Source: an uncultured bacterium (GTDB lineage: Bacteria > Bdellovibrionota_C > UBA2361 > JANWWW01). Taken from it: a DNA stretch of 63,133 nt. A program made the translations under genes and the position numbers. Positions 28,030 to 37,893 of this stretch are shown piece by piece; position 1 is the stretch's first letter, and each line of letters opens with the position of its first letter. The stretch spans positions 1-63,133 of the forward strand of contig CALHSA010000002.1 in the NCBI GenBank assembly GCA_938038205.1, in the 5' to 3' direction. Below the pieces are notes generated by a model. That model did no database searches and was not told the origin of the DNA. It saw only the letters and a program-made list of their open reading frames with translations.

Positions 28030-29302
28030 TGATAGCTGGTGAGGATTTAATAAGATTAACAAGTGAGACTGCTAGTGCTAAATCATTTAAAGTTTTCTGT
28101 GTTTTAAGCCGAGTTAGTCTTTCATGTTGTAAAAGTACTGTTTGAAGGTCAGAAAGTCCCTCCTCATATCTTTTGAGAGAAACTTCAAACATTTCTTCAG
28201 CTAAATTAATCGCATTTTTTAAAAGATCTTTCCTGAGCTTAGCTAATTCAAAAACTTGAAAAGCCCAAATAATCTCCGCAAGAGCCTCCTTGATGTTATG
28301 TTGTAATTGATGTAATTCTGCATTCTTCAACTTATCCAGGCTTCTAGCCTTAAATATGATTGAAGGTAAATCAAGTACTGGCTGGGATAATGCAAAAGAG
28401 ATAACTCCGGGGGCACTTATAGGAAATAATCCAGCGAAAGACCCTCCAATTTTTAAAAAAGATCCACTAATTGAAATTCTCGGCATAAACTCTGCTAAAG
28501 AAGAATCATAAGCTTTTAAAGCAGCTTTAAATCGATTCCACGCTGAGATTATATCTGGCCTACTTTTAATGGCATCAACAAAATTACAACTAATTTTCAC
28601 TTGATCATTTACTATTACCTCATCGTACAAATCAAAATGAACCTGGTTCCCAAAAAATGAATGAATAGTTCTTAAGGAATTTAAGATCTCCAAATTTACT
28701 TTTCCAAGATTATCAAGGCATAAAAGGTAATCTATTCTTGCGCTAAAATTTTGATCTTTTGTCTCTAAGCCAGCTTCAAACCGTTTATTTGCGATTTCTG
28801 CAATTTTCTGTAGTGAATTACAACCTTGGTGGAGAATTTTTACTTGTTCACTCGAATAATAATAACTCAAATAGGATACGGCTAAGATTGATTTAATACT
28901 TCTATTTAAATACTCCAAATCACTTTTCGCCGATTCAAACTTAAAGTATGAACTAGCATAGATATTCCTTATAACTCCAAAAACGTCTAAATTCCAAACA
29001 AACGATTTTGACAAATTAAACGATTTATCAAAATTTTGTACGCTAAAATCAATTTCACTTTTAGGGAATAAATTCAAAACAGTTTGATTAACTTCAGAAA
29101 GTAAGGCTTCTACTTTTAACTTTAATGAATTAAACAGATCTGTATCATTTGATTTCTCAAGTAAAAATCTCAAATTATTTGATTGTATTAAGGCACTTAA
29201 CTTAACCTCAAAATCGTTACTCAAGTTATAAACTGGTTTACTCTGCTTGACGGAACAGGATGAGAGAAAAAAAAGAGATATGATGATACTTATCCAAGTC
29301 AT
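28019..29302 (-). CDS. TolC/NodT-family outer membrane efflux lipoprotein
   Basis: Lipobox LSSC; W.LDVFG, RFEAG, RPDI..A, P.ISISG, RYEEG repeats. Confidence 0.88.
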   Translation of the reverse strand: MTWISIIISLFFLSSCSVKQSKPVYNLSNDFEVKLSALIQSNNLRFLLEKSNDTDLFNSLKLKVEALLSEVNQTVLNLFPKSEIDFSVQNFDKSFNLSKSFVWNLDVFGVIRNIYASSYFKFESAKSDLEYLNRSIKSILAVSYLSYYYSSEQVKILHQGCNSLQKIAEIANKRFEAGLETKDQNFSARIDYLLCLDNLGKVNLEILNSLRTIHSFFGNQVHFDLYDEVIVNDQVKISCNFVDAIKSRPDIISAWNRFKAALKAYDSSLAEFMPRISISGSFLKIGGSFAGLFPISAPGVISFALSQPVLDLPSIIFKARSLDKLKNAELHQLQHNIKEALAEIIWAFQVFELAKLRKDLLKNAINLAEEMFEVSLKRYEEGLSDLQTVLLQHERLTRLKTQKTLNDLALAVSLVNLIKSSPAIIIE

Positions 29303-29333
29303 GCTAGATTAAAAGATTCACAAACTAATTCTT

Positions 29334-29407
29334 TGGGTGTTGCAGGATTCGAACCTACGACCTCCAGCTTGTAAGGCTGGCGCTCTAACCAACTGAGCTA
29401 AACACCC
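29334..29407 (-). tRNA. tRNA-Val(TAC)
   Basis: GGGTGTT acceptor; CCAGC-CT-TAC-AA-GCTGG anticodon arm. Confidence 0.97.
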
Positions 29408-29461
29408 TTTTTATTAAAAAATCTAGCTAAAATGATAGCAGAAAAAATAACATCGAAAAAA

Positions 29462-30097
29462 CTATCTTAGCAGTATAGATTTAGATAATCTCAATTTTTC
29501 ACCTGAAATAAAGCTCCATTTTTTTAACACTGAAGCTTTTTGGAAGCAACTGAGAAAGATTCGTTTCCTGGTTCTCGGATGTAATATCGAAATCATGACT
29601 GAGCTTAAAAATACTCCGCTTGAATCCTTTAAAAGTGGATACCCTGCTTTCGATAAATGTCGTTTAATTTGATGAAATCTCCCTGATGAAATTACAATTT
29701 TTATTAAAGACAAATTGTTTAACCTACGAAGGGGCCAAACATAGGTTTCTGCTTTTTTTAAAATTTGCCCAGATTTTAAAGGAGTTGCAATTCTTAGTGG
29801 CTTTACTATCTTTCCGTTAACTACCCCAACATAAAATTTTTCGACCTTTCCTTCTTTAAAATTATTTACAAGTTTATTAGCTGTGTAATTATCTAACGCA
29901 AAGATTACAACTCCATCAACATCCTTATCAAGGCGATGAACAGGAAAAACCCTTTGATTTACTAACTTTGAGACTCCAGACACTAAATTAATATTCTCTG
30001 TATGAAAATCTAAACCTTTAGGCTTGTAAACCGCTAAAATGTAATTATCCTTATAAATTAAGTTAATTTTTTTATATGTATCGTTACTTTCTTGCAT
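29462..30097 (-). CDS. RluA-family pseudouridine synthase (compact)
   Basis: KPKGL, VHRLDKD, SGRFHQIKRHL..G.P. Start placed at ATG 30097. Confidence 0.88.
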   Translation of the reverse strand: MQESNDTYKKINLIYKDNYILAVYKPKGLDFHTENINLVSGVSKLVNQRVFPVHRLDKDVDGVVIFALDNYTANKLVNNFKEGKVEKFYVGVVNGKIVKPLRIATPLKSGQILKKAETYVWPLRRLNNLSLIKIVISSGRFHQIKRHLSKAGYPLLKDSSGVFLSSVMISILHPRTRKRIFLSCFQKASVLKKWSFISGEKLRLSKSILLR

Positions 30098-30588
30098 TAG
30101 AATTTGACAATAATACACAAACAAAGCTAAGTGAAATATCAAATAAGATATTTGAACAATTTCTCCCAGTTACCAACATAAAGCCAGTAAAAAAAAACAA
30201 CTTTCATATTACTGTAAAATATTACGGCTTTTTAAATGCAATTAACCCGGTACTCGAAAGCATTCAACGGTTAATACCCGCTGATATTAACCACTATAAG
30301 TTTATTATCTCGTCTGTTAAATGCTTTTTGAAAAAAAGAGAGAGTGTAATTTGGCTTGATGGAGATTACTCAACACTTAAAACAGATTTTTACGTTATAA
30401 ATCCCGATTTAATCCCTCATATCACTATAGCTCGAGTTAAACAGTTGATACCTTTAAACATATCACTGGATATCCCACTTGAAATCTCACCATCGTCATT
30501 AAGCCTTTTACGAAGTAAACTAACCCCAGCAGGACCTGTTTATGAACAAGTTACCTTACTAAAAACTTTTTTATCTACTCAAAAGTAA
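30076..30588 (+). CDS. thpR: RNA 2',3'-cyclic phosphodiesterase (2H family)
   Basis: R.FLAL, two HxT motifs (FHITV, PHITIAR), S.LTP.GPVY. Confidence 0.88.
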   Translation: MYRYFLALEFDNNTQTKLSEISNKIFEQFLPVTNIKPVKKNNFHITVKYYGFLNAINPVLESIQRLIPADINHYKFIISSVKCFLKKRESVIWLDGDYSTLKTDFYVINPDLIPHITIARVKQLIPLNISLDIPLEISPSSLSLLRSKLTPAGPVYEQVTLLKTFLSTQK

Positions 30589-30973
30589 AATTGGTCTCTA
30601 TCTCAATGTAAGATTTAACAGTCCTTTTCAAAGGACACATCTCAGCAGCTCGTAAAATATCTTCCTTACGAGATTCAAATCTTTTTGGAAGATAAAAATT
30701 AATGTACACTTTTTTTACAGTTTCATCTCCAGCTTTCTCATACCACGTCTCAAATCTTATACCTTCAGCTGAGTCTTCTAATTTACCCTCAATAAACATT
30801 GCTATTACAGAGGCTTTGCAAACACCAATGGAGAACGCGAATAAATCTCTTGGTGAGGGATACTCTTCTAACCCTCCATACGCTTTATCCAAATCACAGT
30901 AACTTAATACTTGCCCATTACATTTATACAAAGATCTTTTATTCTTACCTACTTCTCCTGTTAACTTTTTCAT
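30575..30973 (-). CDS. OsmC/Ohr-family protein
   Basis: D....GG....PSP.DLF...IG.C...CP...T two-Cys pattern. Confidence 0.85.
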   Translation of the reverse strand: MKKLTGEVGKNKRSLYKCNGQVLSYCDLDKAYGGLEEYPSPRDLFAFSIGVCKASVIAMFIEGKLEDSAEGIRFETWYEKAGDETVKKVYINFYLPKRFESRKEDILRAAEMCPLKRTVKSYIEIETNFTFE

Positions 30974-30988
30974 AAATGTGAATTATAC

Positions 30989-33751
30989 CTAAGTCACCTC
31001 AAACTTTACAACATAGCCTACTTTACTCAAATCGAGTTTTCCAACTACAACCTTAGCAGTGCTAATAGGTGCAGTCATATTTCTAATTAAATTTAAAATC
31101 TCTTTTGCATTTAAAGAGAATAAAAACTCCTTATGCTTGGTTCTAATTTCTTCGGAGATGCAACTTAGATGATAGTTTATTGCTCTCTTAAGATTAACAT
31201 TAGGGTTTACTGGGGCTTCATATTCACCTAACGTTGTTACACATAACTTTTCACACTCCGAATCGTTGAACCAATCTGTAAAATACTTATCTGATACACC
31301 TAAAAATACCTCTAAAGATCTCTCTGGTGTTGGATCGTCCCAAGATAGGAAGCACGCTACCCTTCCATAATCACTAAAAACTAAATTACTTCCATAGGCA
31401 CCACCTTTTACCCTTATTTCATTCCAAAGATAGGTTTCAGACAAAAGCTTCTCAAGCACTCTGCCTGAGGCATCAAAAGGTTGTTCGTAAAAGTAGGCAC
31501 AAGAGGCTGCAGCAACATTTAAATCAAGTGGCACATGTACTAGGTCGGAAAAGGTTTCTCGAGGTGGTTTATGTAACTTAGCGCTCTTAACTGAACCCTC
31601 TAAAGATTTGAAATTTGCATAACTGTTACCAGAGATAAAAACTAGAGGGGATTGGCAAAGAATAAGTTTTTCCCAAACACTCTGTAGCAAATCAACTAAT
31701 TCTTCTAAACTTGCTTTGTTTAAATACTTTATGTAACGAACGCCTGCTATTTCATCCTCAAAAAAACCAGTATCACTAATGAATGATTTAGATAAACTTC
31801 GAGCATATCTAGCCGGTTGCTCTTTTAAGCTATTTGTTAAATCGGTAATTAGCTCTTTAATGTTTGTTATAACTAAATCCCTCCTGGTTCTAAAGTCAAG
31901 GTCGGAAAGAAAATTCTTTAAGAACTCAACCGCGTTGTAAGATTTGTCATCTAAACACGAAAAATCAAACCTTAGAAAAGCTTTAACTACGTCATCGAGG
32001 TAACCTAAGGAAAAAAAAGGATAAACTGTAAACGAAGCAAAGTTATTTAGTATTTCTAGTGATAGGGAGAGGGGGTCCTTATTTTTGGTACCTGATTTGT
32101 AACATATTCCCCCTAGAAGAGAGACTAAACTTAAATTCACAGTCTCATCTATGGGATAAAGCAATGAAACATATGTTAGTCCATGAGTTTTTTGAGCGTA
32201 AAAATAGATATTTTCACCGACTTGCTCAAGCCTGTATTCTTTTATACCTCTGCTAAAAACAGAACGATTTAAACTTGGTACAACACTGCTATCTTCCGAT
32301 AAAACCTGTTGATAATCTTTGATTCTTTTTTCAATTAACTCTAACTGATCAATTGAAAGTTTGGAAACAATATTTTTTGCTGCTTCCCGCTCTGCCTCGA
32401 TAAAAGTTTGATTAAAAGTTGATAACGGAACTAGGGTGATCTTCGATGTATACCTTGAGTCTAAAACCTTTTCTCTTACTGAATTTAAATTTTGTAAAGT
32501 GTCTAAAAGTCCCTCATCTAGAAAATTAAAAATCTGTTGTAAAACAATACTTGGATTTAAACCAAAAGGTAAAATTGAACAACATTTTAAAAGAATCTGA
32601 ATTCCCCTATCTGGATTATTTCTAAATCTTTCAATGAAGCTTGCTTTAAAGTTTTTTGATATATTCTCAACAATATTCTTATCTAAAGATTTCTCCAAAA
32701 CATCTTCAACCGCGTTTTCAATTTGAGCTTTACACTTAGGTTGAAATTCATAGATATCCTGCAATCCAACAGATAGGATATTACCAAAGGGAATATCCAG
32801 TAATCCTATTCTTAATACCTTATCAGCCATTTTTAGATCTTGCAATTTTGTATAAAGAGGGGCTCCCTGAAACCCAAGGTAGTACATATTAAAAAGATCA
32901 CTAGTGACGAAATTAAACTCCATTGGAACAAATTTATTAATTGCGAACCATTCTCGGTCAGAGATTGAGTTTTTAGAGTAAAACTCCTCCCGATCATTTG
33001 CACTTACCTTTATTTGAAGATCATCAAAATATTTCTGTCCTACACTATGGGTACCAGATATTTTCTGATCCAGCACTGACAAAAAATCGTCTGGTATGTT
33101 TCCATAAACACAGACTCTAAGATTAGGGAGCGAATAAAATTTTTTATGAAAGTTAACCAATTCTTCATAACTTAAATACAGAATCTCTCTTGGATCTCCT
33201 CCCGAATCATAAGACCAATGAGTTTCGGGGAATAATGACTTAAAAAGCGCTCTCCAAAAAATAGTGAAGGGTTCGCTATAATACCCTTTCATCTCATTGT
33301 AAACAACCCCTTGAAAACCAATACTTTCATTCATTCTGGGATGAATACCTTGAATCCAAAAAACTTCTTCAAGAAGTAGCGGATTAAAAACTGCATCCCA
33401 ATAAACATCGAATAGATTGTAAAAGTCTTCTTTTATATAACTTGCAGCTGGATATGCGGTAAAGTTATGAAATGTTATTGCGTTTAAAAAAGTTTGCACA
33501 GAGCTCCTTAAAAGTACAGCAAATGGATCTTTAAGAGGATATTTTTTTGATCCACAAAGGACACTATGCTCAAGGATATGCGGAATGCCTTTGGAATCAC
33601 TTGGAATAGTTACAAAACCAAGTAAAAATGTAATGTTTTCACAATTCGAGTCATTGAAAAGGTGCACCTCAGCAGTAGTTTGTTTGTGAACATATTTTTT
33701 GTACAAGATATCTGCTCCTAAAGCAGATTCAGTTTCTACGTCGAAATTCAT
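30989..33751 (-). CDS. M16C presequence-protease-like metallopeptidase
   Basis: HILEHSVLCGSKKYP.KDPF, FLNA.T, GVVYNEMKG, SGGDP, IRVKGGAYG. Confidence 0.93.
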   Translation of the reverse strand: MNFDVETESALGADILYKKYVHKQTTAEVHLFNDSNCENITFLLGFVTIPSDSKGIPHILEHSVLCGSKKYPLKDPFAVLLRSSVQTFLNAITFHNFTAYPAASYIKEDFYNLFDVYWDAVFNPLLLEEVFWIQGIHPRMNESIGFQGVVYNEMKGYYSEPFTIFWRALFKSLFPETHWSYDSGGDPREILYLSYEELVNFHKKFYSLPNLRVCVYGNIPDDFLSVLDQKISGTHSVGQKYFDDLQIKVSANDREEFYSKNSISDREWFAINKFVPMEFNFVTSDLFNMYYLGFQGAPLYTKLQDLKMADKVLRIGLLDIPFGNILSVGLQDIYEFQPKCKAQIENAVEDVLEKSLDKNIVENISKNFKASFIERFRNNPDRGIQILLKCCSILPFGLNPSIVLQQIFNFLDEGLLDTLQNLNSVREKVLDSRYTSKITLVPLSTFNQTFIEAEREAAKNIVSKLSIDQLELIEKRIKDYQQVLSEDSSVVPSLNRSVFSRGIKEYRLEQVGENIYFYAQKTHGLTYVSLLYPIDETVNLSLVSLLGGICYKSGTKNKDPLSLSLEILNNFASFTVYPFFSLGYLDDVVKAFLRFDFSCLDDKSYNAVEFLKNFLSDLDFRTRRDLVITNIKELITDLTNSLKEQPARYARSLSKSFISDTGFFEDEIAGVRYIKYLNKASLEELVDLLQSVWEKLILCQSPLVFISGNSYANFKSLEGSVKSAKLHKPPRETFSDLVHVPLDLNVAAASCAYFYEQPFDASGRVLEKLLSETYLWNEIRVKGGAYGSNLVFSDYGRVACFLSWDDPTPERSLEVFLGVSDKYFTDWFNDSECEKLCVTTLGEYEAPVNPNVNLKRAINYHLSCISEEIRTKHKEFLFSLNAKEILNLIRNMTAPISTAKVVVGKLDLSKVGYVVKFEVT

Positions 33752-33770
33752 ACTTACAAAGTTATCTTAA

Positions 33771-35564
33771 CTAATCGGACGAGTAAATTGGAAACTTAAT
33801 TTGGAAAGTCGTCAAACCATTCTCTGAGCGTAAAAGTTTAACCTCCCCACCTATCGAGTTTAAAACTGTCCTAGAGAGATACAAACCTAATCCGCTTCCA
33901 GATTTCGAAGTCGTGAAATACGGTTCAAATATCCTCTCAACTATATCAGAAGGGATAGTTGGCCCTTCATTAGTTACGCTTACAGTTATAATGCTATTTT
34001 CTTTTTCAATTGTAACATCAACTGTACTCCCTGGATTCGCAAAATTAAAGGCATTTTCAATTACATTCTTTAATGCCAGCGATAAAATCACTCTATCAGT
34101 GGACACAGTATCAACGCCAGATGGATTCATAACTAAAAAATTTACATCTTTACTGGGCGAGTTAAAGGTCTTGATGATTTCAAAGATTAATTCAGGTAAG
34201 CTAAAGTCTGATATTTTTACATTCTGTAGTTTCAGGGACGATACCAGTTCAAGAAGCAATCTTTTAAAATTAACAAATCTATCATAAACTTCCTCTAAAT
34301 CAGAGGATGGTGATATCTCTAATAATTTTTTTAATTTTGACTCAATTGGCATAAGAGGATTTTTTACTTCATGTGAGATTTTAGAGAGTAAATCTCTGAG
34401 AAGAATTCCCCTCTCAGCCTCCACCAAATCTGTAACATCCCTTACAGACACTACGAATCTTCTGTTTTTAAGGTCTAAGACAGTAAAAAAAACTGAAAAA
34501 ATAGTACTATTACAACTAACAATTCTCGAGATAGTCGTAGGGGCACGATTATCGGCCTCTAATAAATACTGAGTTACTTCGGTTACTAATTTTTCAATTT
34601 TATCAAGAGGTAATTTTGTAAATATAGACTTTAAAAAAATGTTCGCGAAAGTGAAACCATTTTTTTCGTATATTCCTATGCCAATACCACAGTTATTCAC
34701 TATTGCTTCTAACTCTTTTTTATTCTCCTCCAAGATCGCCTGAAATTTTTTTAACTCAGATAACATGTAATTAAATTTCCTACTAATAAAATCAAGTTCT
34801 AACGATTCAACTTTTTGAATTCTAAAGTTTAGATTCCCTTTGCTAACCTCATCTAAGGCACTTATTAAGTTGTTAAGAAAAGCCGTAAAGTTCCTTCCAA
34901 GAAAAGTGGCCAACCACAAAGACCCAAAAACTGAGAGGGTAATCCAAAAAATTAGATTGAGAATATAATTTTTAAGAAAAAAATTCTGGTTTTGAAGTAA
35001 ATTCAAGGATTTGTCTAAAATCTCTCTTAATTCGATAAAATGTTTACCCTCAGACTCAGTTATCGGTAAAAATACTGCGGTGCTTTTGTATTTCCAGGTG
35101 TAAAAAATATCTTTTTTTATAATTATAAAACTCTCATTTCTGTTCTCTAGAAATACAAGTAAATTATTTCTGCAATCTCCAAATGATTTGCCAGTTTTAT
35201 ACTTGATACAAACTGACTTGTATTTTTTTAACAATGAAAGATTAGGTGGTTTTTTTAATTTTCGAACTTTTAAAATCAACTTTCTTTCAAAGTATCTGTA
35301 AATACTATTAAAATTTGTTATATCTCTGGCACGAAGACTCTCCTTAAAAAACTGCTTTAGTACAAAATAGCTAAAAAAAGAGATCGCAGAAACAGGGATG
35401 ATAATAGCAACAAATAGGATTATGAAAAGTTTGAAATTGATTTTTTGAGCAAACCAAAGCCTTTGTTTAAGAACGTACTTAACAAAATTTCTTATTAGAA
35501 GTAAGACAAAGAGTGATGTAAAAATAATCCACAAAAAAATGACAGTAAAAGGATTAATCTCCAT
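33771..35564 (-). CDS. NtrY-like membrane sensor histidine kinase (HAMP, PAS-like, HisKA, HATPase)
   Basis: TMs; HAMP; H-box SHEVKNPL; NVIENA; IFEPYFTT; GSGLGL. Confidence 0.88.
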   Translation of the reverse strand: MEINPFTVIFLWIIFTSLFVLLLIRNFVKYVLKQRLWFAQKINFKLFIILFVAIIIPVSAISFFSYFVLKQFFKESLRARDITNFNSIYRYFERKLILKVRKLKKPPNLSLLKKYKSVCIKYKTGKSFGDCRNNLLVFLENRNESFIIIKKDIFYTWKYKSTAVFLPITESEGKHFIELREILDKSLNLLQNQNFFLKNYILNLIFWITLSVFGSLWLATFLGRNFTAFLNNLISALDEVSKGNLNFRIQKVESLELDFISRKFNYMLSELKKFQAILEENKKELEAIVNNCGIGIGIYEKNGFTFANIFLKSIFTKLPLDKIEKLVTEVTQYLLEADNRAPTTISRIVSCNSTIFSVFFTVLDLKNRRFVVSVRDVTDLVEAERGILLRDLLSKISHEVKNPLMPIESKLKKLLEISPSSDLEEVYDRFVNFKRLLLELVSSLKLQNVKISDFSLPELIFEIIKTFNSPSKDVNFLVMNPSGVDTVSTDRVILSLALKNVIENAFNFANPGSTVDVTIEKENSIITVSVTNEGPTIPSDIVERIFEPYFTTSKSGSGLGLYLSRTVLNSIGGEVKLLRSENGLTTFQIKFPIYSSD

Positions 35565-36084
35565 TTATTAAAAAATTAACCCAGCTGGTCTCAATAAATT
35601 TTGTCTCCATCCTTAGAAGAGGAAGTAACAAAGAACCAAGGGTGAATTTACTATGAGTAGCACATTTCAGAGATAATTTTAAAATTAAAAACTTTCTATC
35701 AGGTTTCAAGCGGACTTCGAAAGGCGAAATAAACTCACTTATACCCGAATTAATATCGGACAAAATCCAAGTGATTCCAGGAAGTTTATCTCCGAGTATG
35801 TCTTGAGAAAAAGCTAGTTTAGTGAATGCTGGATCTATTTTTAATTCGCGCTTTAAAGTTTTCATGGAACATGATTTATGAGGTTTAGCACAAAGCCCGT
35901 AATCAACTTGTAATTTGAGAGTATGTTTTCTTTCCAAACAGTTCAAAAGTGGATAATTTGAAAAATTAAAGGTTACTAAAACAGCCGAGTGGTCTTTTTT
36001 TGTTACCTCTAATGGCTCAGTTAAAGCGAAAATAAAGAGTAAGATTGTCCACTTAATACTCTGCGTCCTCTTTCTGTTATGCAT
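35554..36084 (-). CDS. Exported hypothetical protein (DUF4390-like by position upstream of NtrY)
   Basis: Hydrophobic N-terminal segment, beta-rich body, C-terminal ETSW..F; start uncertain. Confidence 0.55.
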   Translation of the reverse strand: MHNRKRTQSIKWTILLFIFALTEPLEVTKKDHSAVLVTFNFSNYPLLNCLERKHTLKLQVDYGLCAKPHKSCSMKTLKRELKIDPAFTKLAFSQDILGDKLPGITWILSDINSGISEFISPFEVRLKPDRKFLILKLSLKCATHSKFTLGSLLLPLLRMETKFIETSWVNFLINGD

Positions 36085-37016
36085 CTACCCTTCTTTGTCC
36101 TAATTATCAAACCAATTTGCAATAGATAAGGCTCAACAACATCCTCAATTGAATCTTCTGGCTCTCCACTAGTAGCTGCTAAAGATGATAATCCCACTGG
36201 ACCACCTTTAAATGGGCCATTTATTATGCTCAGAATCTTTTTATCCAGGTAATCCAAACCAAACTCTCCTATATCTAACATTCGACATACCTCCTGCGCA
36301 ACATTTAAATCTATTGAGCTTGAGCCGCGTATTAAAGCAAGATCTGAAGCTCTTTTTAAAATCCTATTTGCAACGCGCGGAGTACCCCTGCTTCTCGAGG
36401 CTAAAAATTCAGCTGCTTCATTAGTAAGATTTACCTGAAGTTTTGAAGCAGATTGCATAATAATCTTCGTTAAATCCTCTACAGAGTAAAAATCCAAACG
36501 TAAAATAATTCCAAATCTATCTCTTAATGGAGAGGATAATAAACCCGTACGAGTGGTGGCACCTATTAGGGTAAACGGTTTAAGTTTTATTTCTGACGTT
36601 CTTGCAAAAATGCCTTGCCCGGAAATTAAGTTTAATTTGTAGTCTTCCATGGCCGAGTATAGGATTTCTTCTACGGGTTTGGGTGTTCGATGAATTTCAT
36701 CAATAAACAGGATATCATTCTCCTCCAAACTACTTAAAATAGCTGCAAGATCGAATGGTTTTTCAAGAGCGGGTCCTGTGGTAGTAATTAGTTTTCTGCC
36801 AAGCTCAAGCGCAACAATATTCGCTAATGAGGTTTTACCCAGTCCCGGAGGACCAAATAGTAAAATATGATCAAGTGCTGTCCCTCTAATCGCAGCTGCT
36901 TTCGTAGCTGTTATCAAATTTTCTTTGACCGCCTCTTGCCCGATGAATTCTTCAAAGCCACGTGGTCGAAGAATGTTAGTTGTTTCAGTCTCTAAATCAT
37001 CACAAGTTGTTACCAT
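36021..37016 (-). CDS. ruvB: Holliday junction branch-migration helicase RuvB
   Basis: LRP..F.EFIGQ, GPPGLGKT, FIDEIHR, GATTR, RGTPRVANR. Start moved to ATG 37016 because the upstream part of the ORF is tRNA. Confidence 0.97.
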   Translation of the reverse strand: MVTTCDDLETETTNILRPRGFEEFIGQEAVKENLITATKAAAIRGTALDHILLFGPPGLGKTSLANIVALELGRKLITTTGPALEKPFDLAAILSSLEENDILFIDEIHRTPKPVEEILYSAMEDYKLNLISGQGIFARTSEIKLKPFTLIGATTRTGLLSSPLRDRFGIILRLDFYSVEDLTKIIMQSASKLQVNLTNEAAEFLASRSRGTPRVANRILKRASDLALIRGSSSIDLNVAQEVCRMLDIGEFGLDYLDKKILSIINGPFKGGPVGLSSLAATSGEPEDSIEDVVEPYLLQIGLIIRTKKGRCITERGRRVLSGQSYSLFSL

Positions 37017-37025
37017 ACAGCCAAA

Positions 37026-37098
37026 AGCTGGCAGAGGGACTCGAACCCACAACCTGCTGATTACAAATCAGCTGCTCTGCCAATTGAGCTATGCCAGC
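37026..37098 (-). tRNA. tRNA-Thr(TGT)
   Basis: GCTGGCA acceptor; GCTGA-TT-TGT-AA-TCAGC anticodon arm. Confidence 0.97.
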
Positions 37099-37158
37099 GC
37101 AAAAATAATTCTAACAAACTGCAATAAACATCCCAAGATTTTTGTATAATCCAACTAG

Positions 37159-37893
37159 ATGAAAGGAATTATTTTAGCTGGTGGACTTGGTACTAGACTT
37201 TACCCCTGTACTAGAGTGACAAATAAGCATCTTCTGCCAGTTTACAACAAACCGATGATTTATTACCCACTGGAAGCATTAATAAAACTTGGAATCACAG
37301 ACCTGATGATTGTTACAGGTGGCCATTACGCAGGTGACTTTCTTAAACTATTAGGCAATGGAAAGGAGTTTGGATTAAAACACCTAAATTACACTTTCCA
37401 AGAGAGAGAAGGAGGCATAGCTGAAGCACTGAGTCTGTGTGAGCATTTTGTTGGAGAAGATAGCATGGTGGTAATTTTAGGTGACAATATATTTGAAAAA
37501 ACCCTTGTGAGAGCATATCAAAAATTTCTCAACAAAGGAGCAAAAGGTGCCTTAATTTGTTTAAAGGAAGTTGAAGATGCTCAAAGATTTGGTGTAGCAG
37601 AGTTTGACGGCAACAACAAACTATTACGAATAATAGAAAAGCCTACAACTCCTCCAACAAACTTTGCTGTCACTGGTGCTTACATGTATGATAAAACTGT
37701 TTTTCACTATATTAAAAAATGTAAACCCAGTGAAAGGGGAGAGCTAGAAATAACTGACGTTAACAACTTCTATATTCAAGATGGATTAATGGATTACCAT
37801 ATAATAGATGGTTGGTGGAGTGATGCTGGTACATTTGATTCTTTGCTTAGAGCCTCGACCTTAGTTCAACAAACTGGAGCAAATAATGACTAG
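37159..37893 (+). CDS. rfbA: Glucose-1-phosphate thymidylyltransferase (short SpsI/RfbA type)
   Basis: GIILAGGLGTRL, KHLLPVYNKPMI, LGDN, EKP, RGELEITD. Confidence 0.92.
   Translation: MKGIILAGGLGTRLYPCTRVTNKHLLPVYNKPMIYYPLEALIKLGITDLMIVTGGHYAGDFLKLLGNGKEFGLKHLNYTFQEREGGIAEALSLCEHFVGEDSMVVILGDNIFEKTLVRAYQKFLNKGAKGALICLKEVEDAQRFGVAEFDGNNKLLRIIEKPTTPPTNFAVTGAYMYDKTVFHYIKKCKPSERGELEITDVNNFYIQDGLMDYHIIDGWWSDAGTFDSLLRASTLVQQTGANND

Noticed and set aside
36925-37149. 74-aa plus-strand ORF and the 12-codon N-terminal extension of RuvB
   Set aside because: Both overlap tRNA-Thr and are artefacts of reading through the tRNA.
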